This document shows positions 22,088-24,000 of a stretch of 24,000 nt of DNA, one piece after another (positions within the stretch are counted from its first letter, which is position 1; each line of letters begins with the position of its first letter). The position numbers were made by a program, and so were the translations under genes. The stretch covers positions 128,828 through 152,827 of the forward strand of contig JBBSXO010000003.1 in the NCBI GenBank assembly GCA_038045705.1, given 5' to 3'. The stretch is from Nanobdellota archaeon (GTDB lineage: Archaea; Nanobdellota; Nanobdellia; Pacearchaeales; GW2011-AR1). The notes under the pieces were generated by a model. That model worked only from the letters and a program-made list of their open reading frames with translations, was not told where the DNA came from and searched no databases.

Positions 22088-24000
22088 ATGGAGCTTGGAA
22101 AGAAACAAGAATTGGAACTAGAAGCAAAAAGATTCTTTGAAAGCTATAAGAAAGAAATATTTCAATCAATAAGAGGAGGAGGTCAAGTTGTAATTTTAGA
22201 ATTCGATATGTTATCTAGATTTTCTCCAATGCTTTCTGAAAAGCTCTTAGAAATTCCAGAAGAAATAACTGCACTATTAGAAATCTCATTGGATGAGACT
22301 GGTCTCATAAAAAATCCAAGAATCAGATTCAAAACACTTCCAGATTCGGTAAAAATAAAAATAAAAGAAATTCGTGCAAAACACCTAGATCAATTTATTG
22401 CAATTGAAGGAATAGTAAGACAAGCTTCAGATGTTAGACCACAAGTTGTAAACGCAAGATTCGAGTGTCCTACATGTGGTGCAATTTTATCAGTTCTTCA
22501 AATAGACAGAAAGTTTCGTGAGCCTTCAAGATGTTCCTGTGGGAGAAAAGGTCTATTCAAATTATTATCAAAAGAAATGGTTGATGCTCAGCGTCTAGTG
22601 ATTGAGGAATCTCCCGACTCACTAGATGGAGGTGAACAACCAAGAAGAATGAATGTTTTTCTGAAAGAAGACTTAGTAGATCCTAAAATGGAAGAGAGAA
22701 CAACTCCAGGAAGCAAGGTAAAAATAATTGGAGTTCTAAAAGAAGTCCCTGTTCCACTACCACAAGGCTCTATTTCAACAAGATTTGATTTAGCAATTGA
22801 AGCCAATAATGCAATCCCTTTAGAAGAAACATTCGATGATTTAGAAGTTAATGAAAAAGATGAAGAAGAGATAAGGAAAATAGCATCGGATCCAAAAGCT
22901 TTTGAAAAGTTAGCATCAAGTATAGCTCCTAGTGTATATGGTTTCAAAGAAGTGAAAGAAGCAATTCTATTACAATTATTTTCAGGAGTAAAAAAGAAGC
23001 GTTCTGACGGGGGAAATACGAGGGGAGATATTCATATTTTATTAGTAGGAGATCCAGGAGTAGCAAAATCAGTTACTTTAAAATTTGTATCAAGTATTGC
23101 TCCAAAGGGACGTTATGTTTCAGGTAAAGCTACAACTGGAGCTGGGTTGACTGCAAGTGTAATAAAAGATGAGTTTCTAAAGGGCTGGTCTTTAGAAGCA
23201 GGAGCAATGGTGTTAGCAAATAAAGGTTTAATAGCCATTGATGAAATTGAAAAAATGGACGAACATGATCGTTCAACTATGCATGAAGCGATGGAACAAC
23301 AAAGCGTAACAATATCTAAAGCTAATATTCAGGCAACATTAAGATCTGAAACATCTGTTCTAGCTGCAGGAAATCCAAAACTAGGAAGATTTGACCCAAT
23401 AATTCCAATTCCTCAACAAATTAACATTTCTCCAGCGCTTTTAAGCCGTTTTGACGTAATTTTTGTTTTGAGAGACTTGCCCAATAGAGTGCAAGATGAA
23501 GCAATCGCATCACATGTTTTAGAAGAACATAAGCAAGAAGTAGAGAGAGATGTAATTAATCCAAAAATGTTACGTAAATATATTGCATACGCTAGAAAAA
23601 AAGTAAAACCCAAGTTAACAGATGAGGCAGCCGATGAAATAAAAGAATTCTATATATCCATACGTAATAAAGCAATCACTTCAAATTCAGAAGTAAAAGC
23701 AATCCCTATTACTGCAAGACAGTTAGAAGCAATAGTAAGATTATCAGAAGCATGTGCAAAAATTAGATTAAGCAATTACGTTGCTTTAGAAGATGCAAGA
23801 AGAGCCATAGCACTCTTAAAATATTCAATGATGCAAGTAGGTTTTGACCAAGAAACCCAATCATTTGATATTGATAGAGTCACAACAGGAATACCCGCAT
23901 CAAAGAGGAATAAAATTATAGTAGTTCGAGACACAATAGCAAAGTTAGAATCAAGTCTAGGAAAACTAATACCTACAATAGAATTAGAAAAAGAAATAGG
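22088..24000 (+). CDS. mcm: MCM replicative helicase, N-terminal about 637 aa (ORF continues past the right edge)
   Basis: Absent from the ORF track because there is no stop in the window. The hand translation runs from ATG 22088.
- C4 zinc finger: CPTCG...CSCG (about 22466..22545).
- Walker A: GDPGVAKS (about 23049..23072).
- Walker B: IAIDEIEKM (about 23234..23257).
- MCM signature: SVTISKANIQATL...AAGNP.
- Arginine finger: SRFD (about 23443..23454).
- The start of a C-terminal winged-helix region is also visible. Confidence 0.9.
   Translation, partial: MELGKKQELELEAKRFFESYKKEIFQSIRGGGQVVILEFDMLSRFSPMLSEKLLEIPEEITALLEISLDETGLIKNPRIRFKTLPDSVKIKIKEIRAKHLDQFIAIEGIVRQASDVRPQVVNARFECPTCGAILSVLQIDRKFREPSRCSCGRKGLFKLLSKEMVDAQRLVIEESPDSLDGGEQPRRMNVFLKEDLVDPKMEERTTPGSKVKIIGVLKEVPVPLPQGSISTRFDLAIEANNAIPLEETFDDLEVNEKDEEEIRKIASDPKAFEKLASSIAPSVYGFKEVKEAILLQLFSGVKKKRSDGGNTRGDIHILLVGDPGVAKSVTLKFVSSIAPKGRYVSGKATTGAGLTASVIKDEFLKGWSLEAGAMVLANKGLIAIDEIEKMDEHDRSTMHEAMEQQSVTISKANIQATLRSETSVLAAGNPKLGRFDPIIPIPQQINISPALLSRFDVIFVLRDLPNRVQDEAIASHVLEEHKQEVERDVINPKMLRKYIAYARKKVKPKLTDEAADEIKEFYISIRNKAITSNSEVKAIPITARQLEAIVRLSEACAKIRLSNYVALEDARRAIALLKYSMMQVGFDQETQSFDIDRVTTGIPASKRNKIIVVRDTIAKLESSLGKLIPTIELEKEI

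Noticed and set aside
21974-22108. 45-codon N-terminal extension of giant protein B (track start 22108)
   Set aside because: The track start codon is TTG, and the extension overlaps the MCM ATG and both TATA-like boxes. The ATG at 21973 gives a typical 'MKR + hydrophobic helix' N-terminus that parallels protein A.
22588-23613. Antisense ORFs 22588..22947 and 23413..23613
   Set aside because: They lie opposite the MCM coding frame, which carries unambiguous Walker A/B, zinc-finger and arginine-finger motifs.
1-24000. CRISPR arrays, rRNA genes, transposases/IS elements, additional tRNAs
   Set aside because: None found. The intergenic spacers are all 131 nt or shorter, and the only GC-rich structured segment is the tRNA-Gly at 3307..3378.

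Overview
This is an AT-rich, very compact archaeal locus. Archaeal markers are aRF1 with NIKS/GGQ, NAC, MCM, Sec61-beta, and TATA boxes about 25 nt upstream of apparently leaderless ATGs. Short housekeeping proteins, a split MetRS and 4-130 nt intergenic spacers suggest a reduced genome, possibly DPANN-like; that lineage call is inference only. All calls come from reading motifs by eye, with no searches run.

Gene content, left to right:
- partial unknown ORF
- tandem double Lrp/AsnC protein, divergent from a HemN-family radical SAM enzyme
- tRNA-Gly(CCC)
- membrane-anchored Zot-like P-loop ATPase
- MetRS plus a separate Trbp111 tRNA-binding domain
- MinD plus an unknown 141-aa protein
- NAC, pyroglutamyl peptidase, Zn-ribbon protein, Sec61-beta, a small membrane protein
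- endonuclease III-like protein without an Fe-S loop
- ValRS, VapBC, aRF1
- two tandem giant (about 1300 aa) surface proteins
- 5' two-thirds of MCM

Corrections to the ORF track:
- It misses the tRNA (3307..3378, -), Sec61-beta (8678..8845, -), MCM (22088..24000, +) and the left-edge ORF (1..407, -).
- Several listed starts are TTG/GTG or read-through extensions. ORF 3306 really starts at 3429, and ORF 22108 at 21973. Starts at 8292, 7255 and 9706 are preferred for three others.

The most unusual content is the 8-kb pair of Cys-rich modular envelope proteins at 13984..21973. Both are N- and C-terminally anchored. They share a roughly 300-aa C-terminal anchoring cassette that includes a 101-nt patch with 7 mismatches. 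One of them carries a roughly 450-aa enzyme-like domain I cannot assign. Secondary curiosities are the double-Lrp/radical-SAM pair, the Zot-like ATPase beside the tRNA, and single TATA boxes shared by divergent genes.
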